Positions 50,461 to 64,000 of a stretch of 64,000 bases of DNA are shown one piece after another; positions within the stretch are counted from its first letter, which is position 1, and the number at the start of each line of letters is the position of its first letter. The notes beneath the pieces are model-generated. The model was not told the origin of the DNA, made no database searches, and saw only the letters and a program-made list of their open reading frames with translations. The stretch covers positions 46,686,001-46,750,000 of the forward strand of contig OZ024752.1 of NCBI GenBank assembly GCA_964016885.1, read 5' to 3'. The translations under genes were made by a program, and so were the position numbers. The stretch comes from Eledone cirrhosa. Lineage: Eukaryota.

Positions 50461-51885
50461 TTTACTCAAGGGAGACAACTCTAGAATTTAATTTAAGAGT
50501 TACCTCCCATGATAGGAATTATTTATGTTAATTTTTTTTTTTTAAATCCTATAAAATAGTAACAACTCGTAAATAATATGTAAACATCTTTTTTTATTAA
50601 CAGACAACTTCGCTAATCATAGCATTCTGAGAAGGCTGGAACATCTGAAACATTTTGAATAAAAAAATTTTTTTAACTTTACAAAATTGTCTTTTATTAT
50701 TTGGCAGTATCGGTAGAGGGCCGGACGCCATGCTTTGATGCCGAGGTTAACTTTGCCTTTCATCCTTACGATATAAAGAGAGGAAACCTGATCGGCCGTC
50801 TCATCGAAAACGTTTGGGTGCCAGACCAACGACACGAACCTCAGTCACATCGAACTGTGTGCTTTATAAATTCGTTGCAGCATCAACTCGATCCCATAAA
50901 AAGAAACCAGCTGATATGGTTACGACGTTTAGTCAGGTACTTGTGTGGTGTTGAGGTAACGGCGAACCAACCTGTCCGAGGCCATGTTGCCAAGAAGACA
51001 CCTACAAATAAAAATTTAAATTTCATGAGACGGGTGTAATATTCACCTTGCCCCAAAAATGGCAGATCTCTAAAGATTCTGGTTAAAGTTAATAACCTGA
51101 GGAGAGGAAGTGCTTCACACCTTCAAGTACCTATGATTGACTGTTATAGAAAAGAAAAACCAACGGAGTGAAATATTTTATTAGTTCACTGGTAAAATGT
51201 GTCTTACATTATAAACATATCAGAAAATATAACACAATGTCATGAAAAGATATTGACATTATATAAAAATTTATTGAGTAGTATCTAGTAAAAACAAAAC
51301 ACTCGTCTTTCCGGGTGTGAGGTATACACTTCTATAGCATCCAATCATTCGAGCACAAGTGCTTCACATCTCTGTAAACAGAGCACAATTGATTTGTGGC
51401 GGGAACATGATAAAGTCCTAGAATTTACAAAACATGAGGATATTATGAAGTGAAATATATTTAACAACATTTTAGATAAATACGCTAAATTCTATTTCCA
51501 GGTGAGAGGAGTTTAATGAGTACAGACCATAGTGAATACCTGCTTAGAGGGCGTAAAATTCTCACAGGACACTCTACGGTCAGTTCAACCATAGTCGTAG
51601 GCTAAACCAGAAACTCCTCCGAAAGGTATTTACAACAAAACAGGAGGATATTATGAAGTTAGGTAGAAATTTATTTAACAAATTTTTAGAAAAATACGCT
51701 AATTTTTATTGCATGTGACACCGTAGGAGGCCTTTAGCCTTTATCATCGTTTAACGTCAGCATGGGTTAGACGGTTTTGTTCCACTTATTGCGGGTCGGA
51801 CCATGTCTCGCTGTACAGAACTGTCCTTGGAGCCTTTTAACCGTGTCTCCTACACGGAGGAGGGGTGTATATTACATATACATAG

Positions 51886-51929
<44 letters not shown>

Positions 51930-53269
51930 CTATGTATCAGAAAGGGTGTGGTAAAATACCAGGTGGACCATAACCAACCAATAGTTCGGATCTAGTTGTC
52001 GAAACGGCCGGAGCTCAGCCGTCGGGGTCCTGAATCTTTTTATATATTGAAACTTATACAAGTACATTATATTTAAAGTACCAGAAAATACACTAGGATA
52101 ATTGCTGGCCTTATGCCAAAAGTAGAAACAATTATATTTAAAGTACCAGTAATACACTGAGATGATTGCTGAAAAAGTAGAAAAATTATATTTATATATA
52201 CGAATATATACACACTTCTGTAGGTATATATACTTATAGAAGTGTATATATATATCTTAAGAAGTATATACATATCTGTCAATTACTGTGAAATATGAGG
52301 GTGTATATATACGAATATATGTACACACTTCTATAGGAATATATACCTATAGAATATACATATATTCGTATATGTAGATATAACTTTAATAGGTTTCGGC
52401 CAGTATTTGGCACCAGTAGTGAATAATTGTTTACGGAGGCATATCTGGGTGTAGGGGGTTTATTAGGGATTTCTTGAAGTCCAAAGACTTCTTGAACTTG
52501 ATGGGGTCTGTTTAAATATTTTGGTGTAATGTTAAAGAGAGCGGGACTAATTGAAGTGAAATAATTGTGCCGTATTGTTATGAGATGCAAGTGAGATTTT
52601 TGTCGTGGCGTGGGCCGGATAGCACGGGGCCCCAAGCCTTGTGTGTACCTTAGAGGTACATAAAGAAGTATATAGACATATATCTGTATATTTATCATTA
52701 AATTACTGACAATGTGGTAATAGTGTTTATGGTGCTTTCAATTTAAATATGGCATGTTACGCGATGGGGGTACGCCCACACATCCCCGGCGGACAGGATG
52801 GAGAAGGCGTTTCCCCGGGCAAGGGAGACGCGCTGGAAAAGCCACTCCAACTCAGCGCATATGGTGGTGAGAACGGAGGTAGCCCTAGGGCAGAGAACAC
52901 CAGAAGTCTCCACTGCCAGGGGTACAACCGCAATTACTGTGAAATATGTGGGTGTATTACATTAGAAATACATTAGCACGTGGTGGAGGGTGACCGTAAC
53001 TAAACAAAACTATCGTTTAAATAATTATTGCCGACATTAAGAGGGGAAATAAACATAAAATGTTTCAATGAAATTGTTCTCCATAAAATGAAGCTTTACT
53101 TTACCTCCGTAAAAATTGTAAAATCCAAGTTTTTAACATTTTTTATTCAGGTTGGAAAACGTGAAGTTCTTCCAGCAGCCATTTTATTTTTTATGAACAG
53201 TTACCACAATACGCACGCGCGAAACGGTTGGACATCAACACGCATGCGCAAAGTATTTATATATGTTTA

Positions 53270-54088
53270 CGTGTGTGTATATATATTTAGGAATATATAT
53301 ATACATACATATATTTAGGAATATACATGTGTGTGTGTATATATATATATTTAGGAATAGACGTGTGTGTGTATATATATATTTAGGAATATACATGTGT
53401 GTGTGTATATATATATATTTAGGAATAGACGTGTGTGTGTATATATATATTTAGGAATATACATGTGTATGTATATATATATTTAGGAATATACATGTGT
53501 ATGTATATTTAGGAATAGACGTGTGTGTGTGTGTGTCTATATATATATTTAGGAATATACATGTGCGTGTGTATATATATTTAGGAATAGACGTGTGTGT
53601 GTGTATATATATATATATATTTAGGAATATACATGTGTATGTATATATATATTTAGGAATAGACGTGTGTGTGTGTGTATATATATTTAGGAATATACAT
53701 GTGTATATATATTTAGGAATAGACGTGTGTGTGTGTGTATATATATATATATTTAGGAATATACATGTGTGTGTATATATATATATATTTAGGAATAGAC
53801 GTGTGCGTGTATATATATTTAGGAATAGACGTGTGTGTGTATATATTTAGGAATATACATGTGTATATATATATATATTTAGGAATAGACGTGTGTGTCT
53901 ATATATATATATTTAGGAATAGACGTGTGTGTATATATATATATTTAGGAATATACATGTGTATGTATATATATATTTAGGAATATACATGTGTATGTAT
54001 ATTTAGGAATAGACGTGTGTGTGTGTGTGTCTATATATATATTTAGGAATATACATGTGCGTGTGTATATATATATTTAGGAATAGAC

Positions 54089-54122
<34 letters not shown>

Positions 54123-55036
54123 TTAGGAATAGACGTGTGTGTGTGTATATATATATATTTAGGAATAGACGTGTGTGTGTATATATATATTTAGGAATAT
54201 ACATGTGTGTGTGTGTGTCTATATATATATTTAGGAATATACATGTGCGTGTGTATATATATATTTAGGAATAGACGTGTGTGTGTATATATATATTTAG
54301 GAATAGACGTGTGTGTGTGTATATATATATTTAGGAATAGACGTGTGTGTGTATATATATATTTAGGAATAGACATGTGTATGTATATATATATTTAGGA
54401 ATATACATGTGTATGTATATATATATTTAGGAATATACATGTGTATGTATATTTAGGAATAGACGTGTGTGTGTGTGTGTGTCTATATATATATTTAGGA
54501 ATATACATGTGCGTGTGTATATATATTTAGGAATAGACGTGTGTGTGTATATATATATATATATTTAGGAATATACATGTGTATGTATATATATATTTAG
54601 GAATAGACGTGTGTGTGTGTGTATATATATTTAGGAATATACATGTGTATATATATTTAGGAATAGACGTGTGTGTATATATATATATATATTTAGGAAT
54701 ATACATGTGTGTGTATATATATATATATTTAGGAATAGACGTGTGCGTGTATATATATTTAGGAATAGACGTGTGTGTGTGTGTGTGTATATATTTAGGA
54801 ATATACATGTGTATATATATATATATTTAGGAATAGACGTGTGTGTCTATATATATATATTTAGGAATAGACGTGTGTGTATATATATATATTTAGGAAT
54901 ATACATGTGTATGTATATATATATTTAGGAATATACATGTGTATGTATATTTAGGAATAGACGTGTGTGTGTGTGTGTCTATATATATATTTAGGAATAT
55001 ACATGTGCGTGTGTATATATATATTTAGGAATAGAC

Positions 55037-55070
<34 letters not shown>

Positions 55071-55612
55071 TTAGGAATAGACGTGTGTGTGTGTATATAT
55101 ATATATTTAGGAATATACATGTGTATGTATATATATATTTAGGAATAGACGTGTGTGTGTGTGTGTATATATATTTAGGAATATACATGTGTATATATAT
55201 ATATTTAGGAATAGACGTGTGTGTGTGTGTATATATATATATATTTAGGAATATACATGTGTGTGTATATATATATATATTTAGGAATAGACGTGTGCGT
55301 GTATATATATTTAGGAATAGACGTGTGTGTGTGTGTATATATTTAGGAATATACATGTGTATATATATATATTTAGGAATATACGTGCGTGTGTATATAT
55401 ATATTTAGGAATATACGTGTGTGTGTGCGTGTGTATGTATATATATATTTAGGAATAGACGTGTGTGTGTATATATATATATATTTAGGAATATACATGT
55501 GTGTGCGTGTGTATATATATATATTTAGGAATAGACGTGTGTGTGTGTGTGTTTAGGAATATACGTGTGTGTGTGCGTGTGTATATATATATATATTTAG
55601 GAATATACATGT
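53270..55612. repeat. Compound satellite TTTAGGAATA(G/T)AC-(GT)n-(AT)n
   Basis: 2.3 kb of a fixed core separated by variable dinucleotide tracts. Confidence 0.9.
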
Positions 55613-56888
55613 ATTAACAGAAGAATTTAAGACTGTATGCAGATTATCTAACTCTCATAGCTGAATCTCTGGCAGAATTAGAGAAGAAATTCCAAACATG
55701 GAAACAAGACCTTGGATCTAAAAGTCTTAGTTAACCTGCAAGAAAGAAGTAGGTAGAAATTCCATTCTAAGTCAGTCTATTGCAGGATTAACTCCCTAAC
55801 TACTGAGCACACCTGTTTAATTGTACCTATGTTGGGTTTACTCAGAGCAAACTATTTTCTTCCTATACATTCTCCTCATTCAGTAGTCTATCATAATGAC
55901 ACTTCCACACCTTCTTTTCAGCGTCACTGAGTGCAAGTACACCATTATCATCTCGGAGACACTTTTCTCCATCAACATCACAATTTTCCCTGACACACTG
56001 CCTCACAATCATGAATATCTCACACCCTTGGTCTACGCGTTCTTAAAGCATGTCTATCATCGTCATCATTTCATTTTACGTCTGCTTGCAAGGGTGGGAC
56101 GAGAACATTTACAGTGAGTGCTTTTTTGCCGTGGCACCTCCACGACCACTTTGCAGTGGAATGATACAGCTGAGTAAACTGGAGCAATGTGAAATAAAGT
56201 GTCTTGCTCAAGGAAACAACACATCACTCGGTCTGAGAATTGAACTCACAACCTTTCGATTGCAAGGCCAATGCTCTAACCACTAAGCCATGTGCCTCCG
56301 TCTATATTTCTTATTTTCTGCTTCCCTTCTTGCAAAGGTCGAAAGACAACCGACAACTTCATGTTCGTCAGTGAAACACACTAACCAGTAAGCCAGGTAC
56401 CTTCGTTCCAATGAAAGAATATGACATACCTACGTTGCGATGAAAGGCAACCACGTACATTCGTTACGATGAAAGAATATGACATACCTTTGTTGTGAAA
56501 GAAAACAAATACCCATGTTGTTTGTCCAATATCGTCTTTAATACTTTTGATTTGATTTACAAATGAAAACTTCAATACTATTGTGGAGTCGTCTGTTTGT
56601 CTTTATTCATAGAAATCAATTTAAATCATGAAATAAAAAGACAGAATAAACATTTAAAGAAGGAATAAAACCTATCAAATGAAAGAAATATTTCAATTTC
56701 ATTGTTATGGATGAAGAAAAAACATTGTGTACGTATGAGGTGATAATTATCAAAATTGTTTGATTTTTTTTTTTCAAACAATCAAAGAAAGATTTTAAAA
56801 AAACAAAAAAAAATGGTTGTTTTTCTTTTAATTGACAGATTTTCAGACAAGGTTCCCTCGCAAATATATGCAAAAAAACTGAAACACA

Positions 56889-59800
56889 TTATTGATGTCT
56901 TGGCATACTGGCTCGTCTTTTTAATGTTTTTGACCCTGTAGTTGTAGATAAAGTTTTGTCAATGTAAAGTAAATTTGTCATTTGCTGCAAAGAAAAGAAA
57001 AAAAGCCTCATTTTATTATTCTTTGAATTATTTTATAAGAAATATTTCCACCTTTTTTTCAAATCAAACAACATTGGAAACCAGCTACTGATTTACAGAT
57101 ACAAAGCTATATATTTTGATGTATTTATACTTATATAAAACACTTCCATCATAATTCTAACTAACAACTTTTGTTAAGTTATGTTCCAAACATCAGCTTA
57201 ATAATTAAAAAGTTATTAATATTACTAAATCCCATCAAAATTATTTAAAAATCATAGGCAATGCATTCCATTAAAAATAAGGTAATGAAAGGGTTAATCC
57301 GTTGTTTTCTTATATATACAACAATATGTTGGATGTGTAATGTCGATTTATAAGTGGAACTTGAAATAGCAGCAGACCATTAAATGATATCTCTCCAACA
57401 TAGGTTCCATATTTTGACAGTTTTTAAAGCTGGATGGCCTCCATAATGTCAACATTACACTGTGTATTGAGTGCATTTTTGTGGCACTAGCCACGACCAC
57501 TTTACAGTGTCAGCTGAGAGAATTTGATTGTGGCACTAACACTTTACAGAGTGTACTGGGTGCATTTACATCATTGCATACATATATGGTCTGGGTATAT
57601 TCAAGTTATTTGTATCCACAGATCTGTTTGAAAAGGCACATCTTACCTGATCTTGTAGTCTTTCTAATGGAAGGTTTATCGGTCCTCGCAGCAGTGTGTT
57701 CACCTGACTTATAGTCTTCAGTGTTACAGGACTCACAATATATATGGTCTGAGATTCAGCATCAATACCTCGTACAAATCCTGAAACAGAGATGTCTTTC
57801 ACTGAATAAAACAGTTAAAATTTAAACTTTTCACATTGGCAACACTTTTTAAAGATATATTTTATGACAAGTTCAGTATATGAAAATAAATTATAGGCAG
57901 AACAGCTTCCAATGTTACATAACGACAGCTACACATAACAACTAATCTTATGATTTCCCTGTAAACCTTGTCAACGAGTTAACAATTTAACAGCTTATGG
58001 CCATTGGAAGTACAGTGTACTGACTATTATCTACTACACCATTGGTTTATTGGTATATTCCTGGTTTTGTGATAGTTCCTAACTTGAAATGGTTACAGGT
58101 ATAAAATATGCTGTTTGATTTTGCTTACCAAATCCTAAACATCTGCAGAGAGGTCTCTTAACAAATCCCAGAGGAAGATTTTCATCATTGTTATATCGGA
58201 AAGCCTATAATTGGAAATGGAATAAAAAGATACTGTTAAATTCAAGAAATATTTGATTGTATTTAAAGAAAACAACAACATATGAAAACCATTTATTATT
58301 ATTTAAACCGGCCAGAATTCTATCACTTCTTTCTGTTCAAACTGGCCATAACCAGCTGTAACTGGCCCCTCATACTGATGTTAGGGTATTCTTCTCAAAA
58401 TAAATAATATCAAAATCTCATAGATTCAATATTATGTAAGGTAAAGCCTTTACCATGAAAATACAATAGTATATATATTGAGTAATGTAAATGCTAACGG
58501 GTTAAATAATTTCAAAATATTTCACATAAATCTATAAATTTAACCCTTTATCATTCAAACTAGCTGCTCATACTTGTCATAAATTCAATATTATATGAGA
58601 TAAAGTCTTTACCATAAAAATATAATAGTATATATAGAGTAATCTAAATGCTAAAGGGTTAAGATAGACACTTTAAAATAAACAGTTTAGTATCATAGAA
58701 TGGATGAAGTGGGGACAGTTTTAAACAAGGTGGTATCGAAAAGGGTTAAAAATAAACAGATAAACAAATAAAAATCTAAAATTGAGTGCTTACTGTATTT
58801 ACATTAGCCACACAGAGGGCTATCACAGATGCATTGATGGCATACATTATCTGGGAGAAAGGTACAACTTCATGACAAACTTGAATAGCTATCAAGTTCC
58901 ACTTTATTTTGTAGGGAATACAGCTATTTAAACCCATATTTGGGGACCAGTTTCGGCCCAAATATGCCAACGTTGCCAAAGTGCGAACTTCTGCATTGCT
59001 CAGCTTCGATAACTTACTGGAATTATAAAACACATTACATATTGATCATTATAAAATATTGATTTTGTTTTTACAAATTATGACATTAATTTATTTTTAA
59101 AAATCCACATAATTGACCTTGATATAAATTAGACTGGCCATTTCAATTATGGCTGGAAATTTGGTTGTTTTTGTCTCAATTTTGATATTTGAGACATGAA
59201 TATTAATGTAAAGAAACCACAGAAAATAACTCACCCCATCTCTGAATTTACGACAGATGGGAGAACTTCCAATGTCCAGTTACAATGTGCAGAGTTCTGA
59301 AAAATATAAAACCACAATGATTGAGCAGAGATTTAGAGAAACACAGATGGGAGAACTTTCACTGTCAGGTTACAATGTATAGAGTTTTGAAAAAAAATAA
59401 CATCAAGATGGGAACTCCTGTATGTTGATAATCTAGTATTATTCTTGAATCCGTGGGAGAGTAGCGGCGAAATTCCAGGCATAGAAGATCTAGAATTTAA
59501 AGGCCTAAAAATAAATTTACCCAATTACAACATACTGGGATACAGTGTACCTATTCTAAAAACTGGAATGCACACACATTATATTCAGAGGAATAGAATG
59601 GTAAATATAGAAAATTAAACATGTACAGGTGTTTTAAATGGCAAAAATATCTTCACCATAAATCAAATGTTTCGTTTTCTTTTTTTTTTGTAGTGAAATT
59701 ATAGAAATGGAATTTTTGTTCTTCCTAGTTTACTTACAGATACATTATTCTCTTCAGGAAAGTTCCATGGATTCTGACTGACAACAGATGGATGCAGTTC

Positions 59801-62800
59801 TTCAGGATCTACTTTTACCCTTGGTGTATAAAGGTAAACAACTTGGTCTGGAGATATTAAATTAAGTATACCATCAAGCATTTGTTTCCCTGGTCCTGTA
59901 AAATAAAACAATATAAGGACATCAACATCAATGGAAATATAAACTCCTCAATGGCTGCAAGGACTACTGAGAACCTTTGTTAAGTTATGTGCCAAACAGC
60001 AGCTTAATAATGAGAAATGTTACTAAATATGAAGTGTGTCAGAAAAGTAACAGGACAGTGTGGGGTAGGGATTAGCAGGTTGTGTAACGTAATATCTGAG
60101 TATATAACTGCTATCTCAGCTCTCTGCAGCCATTGTATGATTTTTCAAATACTTTTGTTAACATGTCCTCTATTTTACGCTGTCAAGTGATGGACACAGA
60201 GCAACAAACCAACCTCAAGTTTCTGGTCCAACTGGGGAAAACTGTCAGACCTCGGAATACTGCAGCAAGAGTACGGAGATGAGACAATGTCTTATGGTCA
60301 CACTATGGTGTTCAGATGTAGATATACGTCTAACTCATGTTAGCGTGGAAGATGGACGTTAAATGATGATATGGGTGTTGTGTATATGAGGAATGTGTGG
60401 TGTTCAGGTCTATATATGAGGGTTGTGTGTGGTGTTCAGGTCTATATATGAGGGTTGTGTGTGGTGTTCAGGTCTATATATGAGGGTTGTGTGGTGTTCA
60501 GGTCCTATATGAGGGTTGTGTGTGGTGTTCAGGTCTATATATGAGGGTTGTGTGTGGTGTTCAGGTCTATATATGAGGGTTGTGTGGTGTTCAGGTCCTA
60601 TATATGAGGGTTGTGTGTGGTGTTCAGGTCTATATATGAGGGTTGTGTGGTGTTCAGGTCTATATATGAGGGTTGTGTGGTGTTCATGAGGTGTATATAC
60701 AACGAATGTATGATGTTCAGGTGTATATGTGAGTGGTGTATGGTGTTCATGAGGTGTATATACAAGGGATGTATGGTGTTCATGAGGTGTATATACAAGG
60801 GATGTATGGTGTTCATGAGTGTATAAGAGGTGTATATGTGAATGTTGTGTGTTCATCAGGAAGTGTGTATATGTGAGGGTTATGTTTATCAGGTGTGTAT
60901 GTGTGAGGGGTGGATTGGGGTTAAACTGACAAACGTCTGGAATAAACACACAAAAAAAGGAAAAACAATTTCAATAAAAAATAATAACTAAATAAAGTGA
61001 AACAAACCTTTAATCCAGCCCATCGTGTTAATGACCAGCGGTAATTGTGTTGACATTCTCAGGTAGAAATGAATGACATTACGTATACAGATCATATAAT
61101 GATTAGCACTGGACTCAGGTGTGATGTCACCAACAAATATATTACTGCAAGTGAAAGAGATAAATTAAATGTTGTATTTACTATGGTTGTTGTTTAGTCA
61201 GGGAGGGACAGGTAGTTCCCATGACCCTTTTCAGGGTCTCTGAGACCAGCAAGAGGAAAGAATTGTGTCTATGGCCCTTTTCAGGGTCTCTGAGACCAGC
61301 AAGAGGAAAGGGTTGTGTCTATGGCCGTTTTCAAGGTCCCTGAGACCAGCAAGAGGAAAGGGTTGTGTTGTGTCCATGGTCATTTTCAGGGTCCCCGAGG
61401 ACAGGAGGGAAGGATTGTGCCGATGGACCTTTTCAGGGTCTCTAAGACAAGAAGGAAGGAGGGACTAAAGTATTCTCAATCCTCAGACCTGGCCTGTGTG
61501 TTTGCAACAGTGAACTCATCTAGAGTTATCCAAGGACCAGTAAATGATGCTGAATGACCACTGGTCACTGATTTCTGTCATATTTTCACCTGACTTCTAT
61601 ACCATCAGTGAAGGCATTTGGCTGGTTTAACAGCTATACTTGCATTAGAGTTTTCAAATTATTTCTATGAATTCCAAATACACTTACATTTTGCCTCAAT
61701 TGTCAAGGCAACAATATATATATATATACCCACAACACATGTTTAAATCTTACATGACCAGAGGTGTACCAACTGGATTTAAATCTGAAATATCTCTTGT
61801 TATTCTGGATATAAAAAAAACATATTTAAGCTTTAAATAAATATTTCAACACCTTACTGTTGTTTTATCAACATATAAAATTACCTCTCTCTATATATAT
61901 ATATATATTTTGTGTGAAATGCAATGACAATCTTACTGAAATATATACTTACTAAATGGGTTCTTTCTGGTGACAGAATGGTGGACCTGAAAAATATAAT
62001 ATATATCATGTAATCTTATAATTTTATATCCATGTTGATATGGGATGAACAGGTTATGACAGTTTGAAACTCAACAGGACAACTAACTATTTTTTGGCAT
62101 AGTTTCTTCAGCCTAATGTCAACCACTTTACAGAGTGTACAGGGTGCATTTTATCATGGCAACAACATTGAGAAAGTCATCAATTCTTCTTAAAAATGAA
62201 GGAAGTGAAAAATAAATTAAAACAATAGTCTGATGATGCATAGCTTACCTAGAACATAATCTTTCACCAAACTCAGGGATACGCAGCCAGGCGGCGTGAA
62301 TTCTGTTTGCCCAAGATCACAGTCAAGAAAATAGACACTTTTCTTTCTGGAATAAATAAATAGATAAATAAGCAACAACAACAACAGTGGCAGATTCTAA
62401 TTTAGGCCCAAGGCCAATATTTCAGGGGAAGAAGTCAAATAAATTGAAGACCAAAAACATGAACTGCAAAGTTGACCTCAGCAAGAAAAGAGGCAGAAAA
62501 ATTATTGCAAAAGATTTTGCCTGGCACTTTAATGAATCCGACAAAGTATTGCCCTTACAATACAACATAGGTACAAGGTCAGAAATAACTAAAACCCTTT
62601 CAAGATGTCCCAATATAACCACAGTCTAATGACGAAAACCCTTTAAAAAAAATGTCCCTAGATAGCCATAGTCTAATGAGTGAAACCCCTCTAATGTGAT
62701 GTCCCAAGATAACCTCAGTCTGTGAAACCAGTAAAGGAAGACTTAATACTTACATATTAAGGCAGACATTTAACAATCTTCGGCAAAATGTAGACTTCCC

Positions 62801-63821
62801 TGTATTTGTTGATCCACACAACAAAATTCTTGGATTTTCTGCAAAATAAATTGAGCTCCATAAATTAGCATATCTAATTTGTCATATTCAGTAAATAGGG
62901 TTAGGGTTATTATCGAAACTAGGTTTCATTTTTATTTCTACTGTCAGAGCACTGGACTAAATATTTTACAGTATTTAGTTTACATCCCAATAGAGTCAAT
63001 TTAGTCTTTCAACCTTCAGGGTTCATCATCAATATTTGGTCAAGTCAGAAAATTCTATCTTGTTCATATCCTTTTGGCATTAACAAACGAAAAAACTTGA
63101 GAAGCATGTTGTATGTGTCATGTCCTACAAATTAGCTCTTCAATGAACAGAAAATAGTTAACAGGTACCCTTAAGGTAGACTAAATCTTTGAAGATATTG
63201 CCCCAGTTTAGTCACACTTCAATGACTTAAGCCAGTAAAAATAGTTTTTTTAAATATGTAAATAAATAACAGAAGTAAGATCTTCACAAACCTTTACTTT
63301 TTACAAATGACTCCCATTTTCCCAGAAGATGTTCTTCCTTGGCTGAAGAAATATAATCAGGCATGTTTGATTTAGCAATGAGACCAATACCAAATGGCTG
63401 GAGAGTCTGGTTGTAAGTAGTTTTGTCATCTTCCTTCAGTCCTTGAAAGAGACTCTGGTATGGACGTATGGTACTTATGTAATCAGCAAAACCCCACCGA
63501 AGTCGGCGGATTAGAAGAACTACTGAATTGGAATCAATCCTGTTTAGAAAATTTCCTGTCTCCAAAAGCATCGAAGCAACTTTCTTTTTGGTGCCGGCAA
63601 GACCATCCTTTCCACATGAATGAAGGGTCATCAACTTAAGTGGTGTGTGTTCGTGAGGGGAGTATAATGAATGCCATTGACCATCTGGGGTTATTTTTGC
63701 ATCTAGTATACAAATACAACCAGCTAAAACAGTTATCTCACAGAATCCAGTCAGGTTCCATTCCAATGGATGTTTCAGAATTACAATGGCTTGGTCCTCA
63801 CACCGACTAATCCAAATATGC
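56889..63821 (-). CDS. NOL9: Polynucleotide 5'-hydroxyl-kinase NOL9 (Clp1/Grc3 family), 5'-partial, 11 exons visible
   Basis: Exons 63821-63292, 62838-62754 (Walker A GSTNTGKST), 62346-62249 (LDCDLGQTEFTPPG), 61986-61953, 61144-61008 (PLVINTMGWIKG), 59895-59738, 59296-59235, 59016-58794, 58204-58129 (CLGFG), 57780-57647 (FVRGID...LLRG), 56984-56889 (stop). Phases are consistent throughout. Confidence 0.93.
60400..60830. repeat. ~30-32 bp minisatellite in a NOL9 intron
   Basis: GTGGTGTTCAGGTCTATATATGAGGGTTGT units that become more degenerate towards the right. Confidence 0.85.
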
Positions 63822-64000
63822 CTGTAAAATAAATAAACAAACAAGTTAAAAAGTTAAGGATTTCTCACATTAGCTTCTAGTGTTGGTAAATGAAGAAGTA
63901 CGCCTAGTGTATAGTTTGGCCCATAGAGGACACCACTTCTTGGCTTTATTCCAGCGCATGAATAGAACCATATATTATATATCATCATCGTTTAATTTTC

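Noticed and set aside
50701-51039. 112-aa plus-strand ORF
   Set aside because: Begins within a SINE fragment, shows no recognisable domain, and has no supporting splice structure on that strand.

Overview
AT-rich, microsatellite- and SINE-dense animal genomic DNA; the repeat landscape suggests a coleoid cephalopod such as an octopod (inference). Four spliced genes can be rebuilt by hand with consistent GT-AG junctions and reading frames. (1) The 3' part of an Ig-domain receptor tyrosine kinase (+, 584-12449) whose kinase domain has lost the HRD and DFG aspartates, i.e. a pseudokinase. (2) ANKRD16 (+, 18690-41782, 7 exons). (3) A divergent 4-exon fatty-acid-binding-protein family gene (-, 22219-27141) nested in ANKRD16 intron 1. 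(4) The 3' part of NOL9 (-, 56889-63821). The 42-56 kb interval has no recognisable protein gene. It holds a decayed gag-pol retroelement, several satellites, and a GC-rich, probably structured ~150-nt candidate RNA (49149-49304) that shares an exact 20-mer hairpin arm with an inverted element at ~50829. Also present: minimal hammerhead-ribozyme motifs, TTAA-flanked MITEs that seed satellites, and many long fold-back hairpins. Most short ORFs in the supplied track are microsatellite or repeat artefacts.
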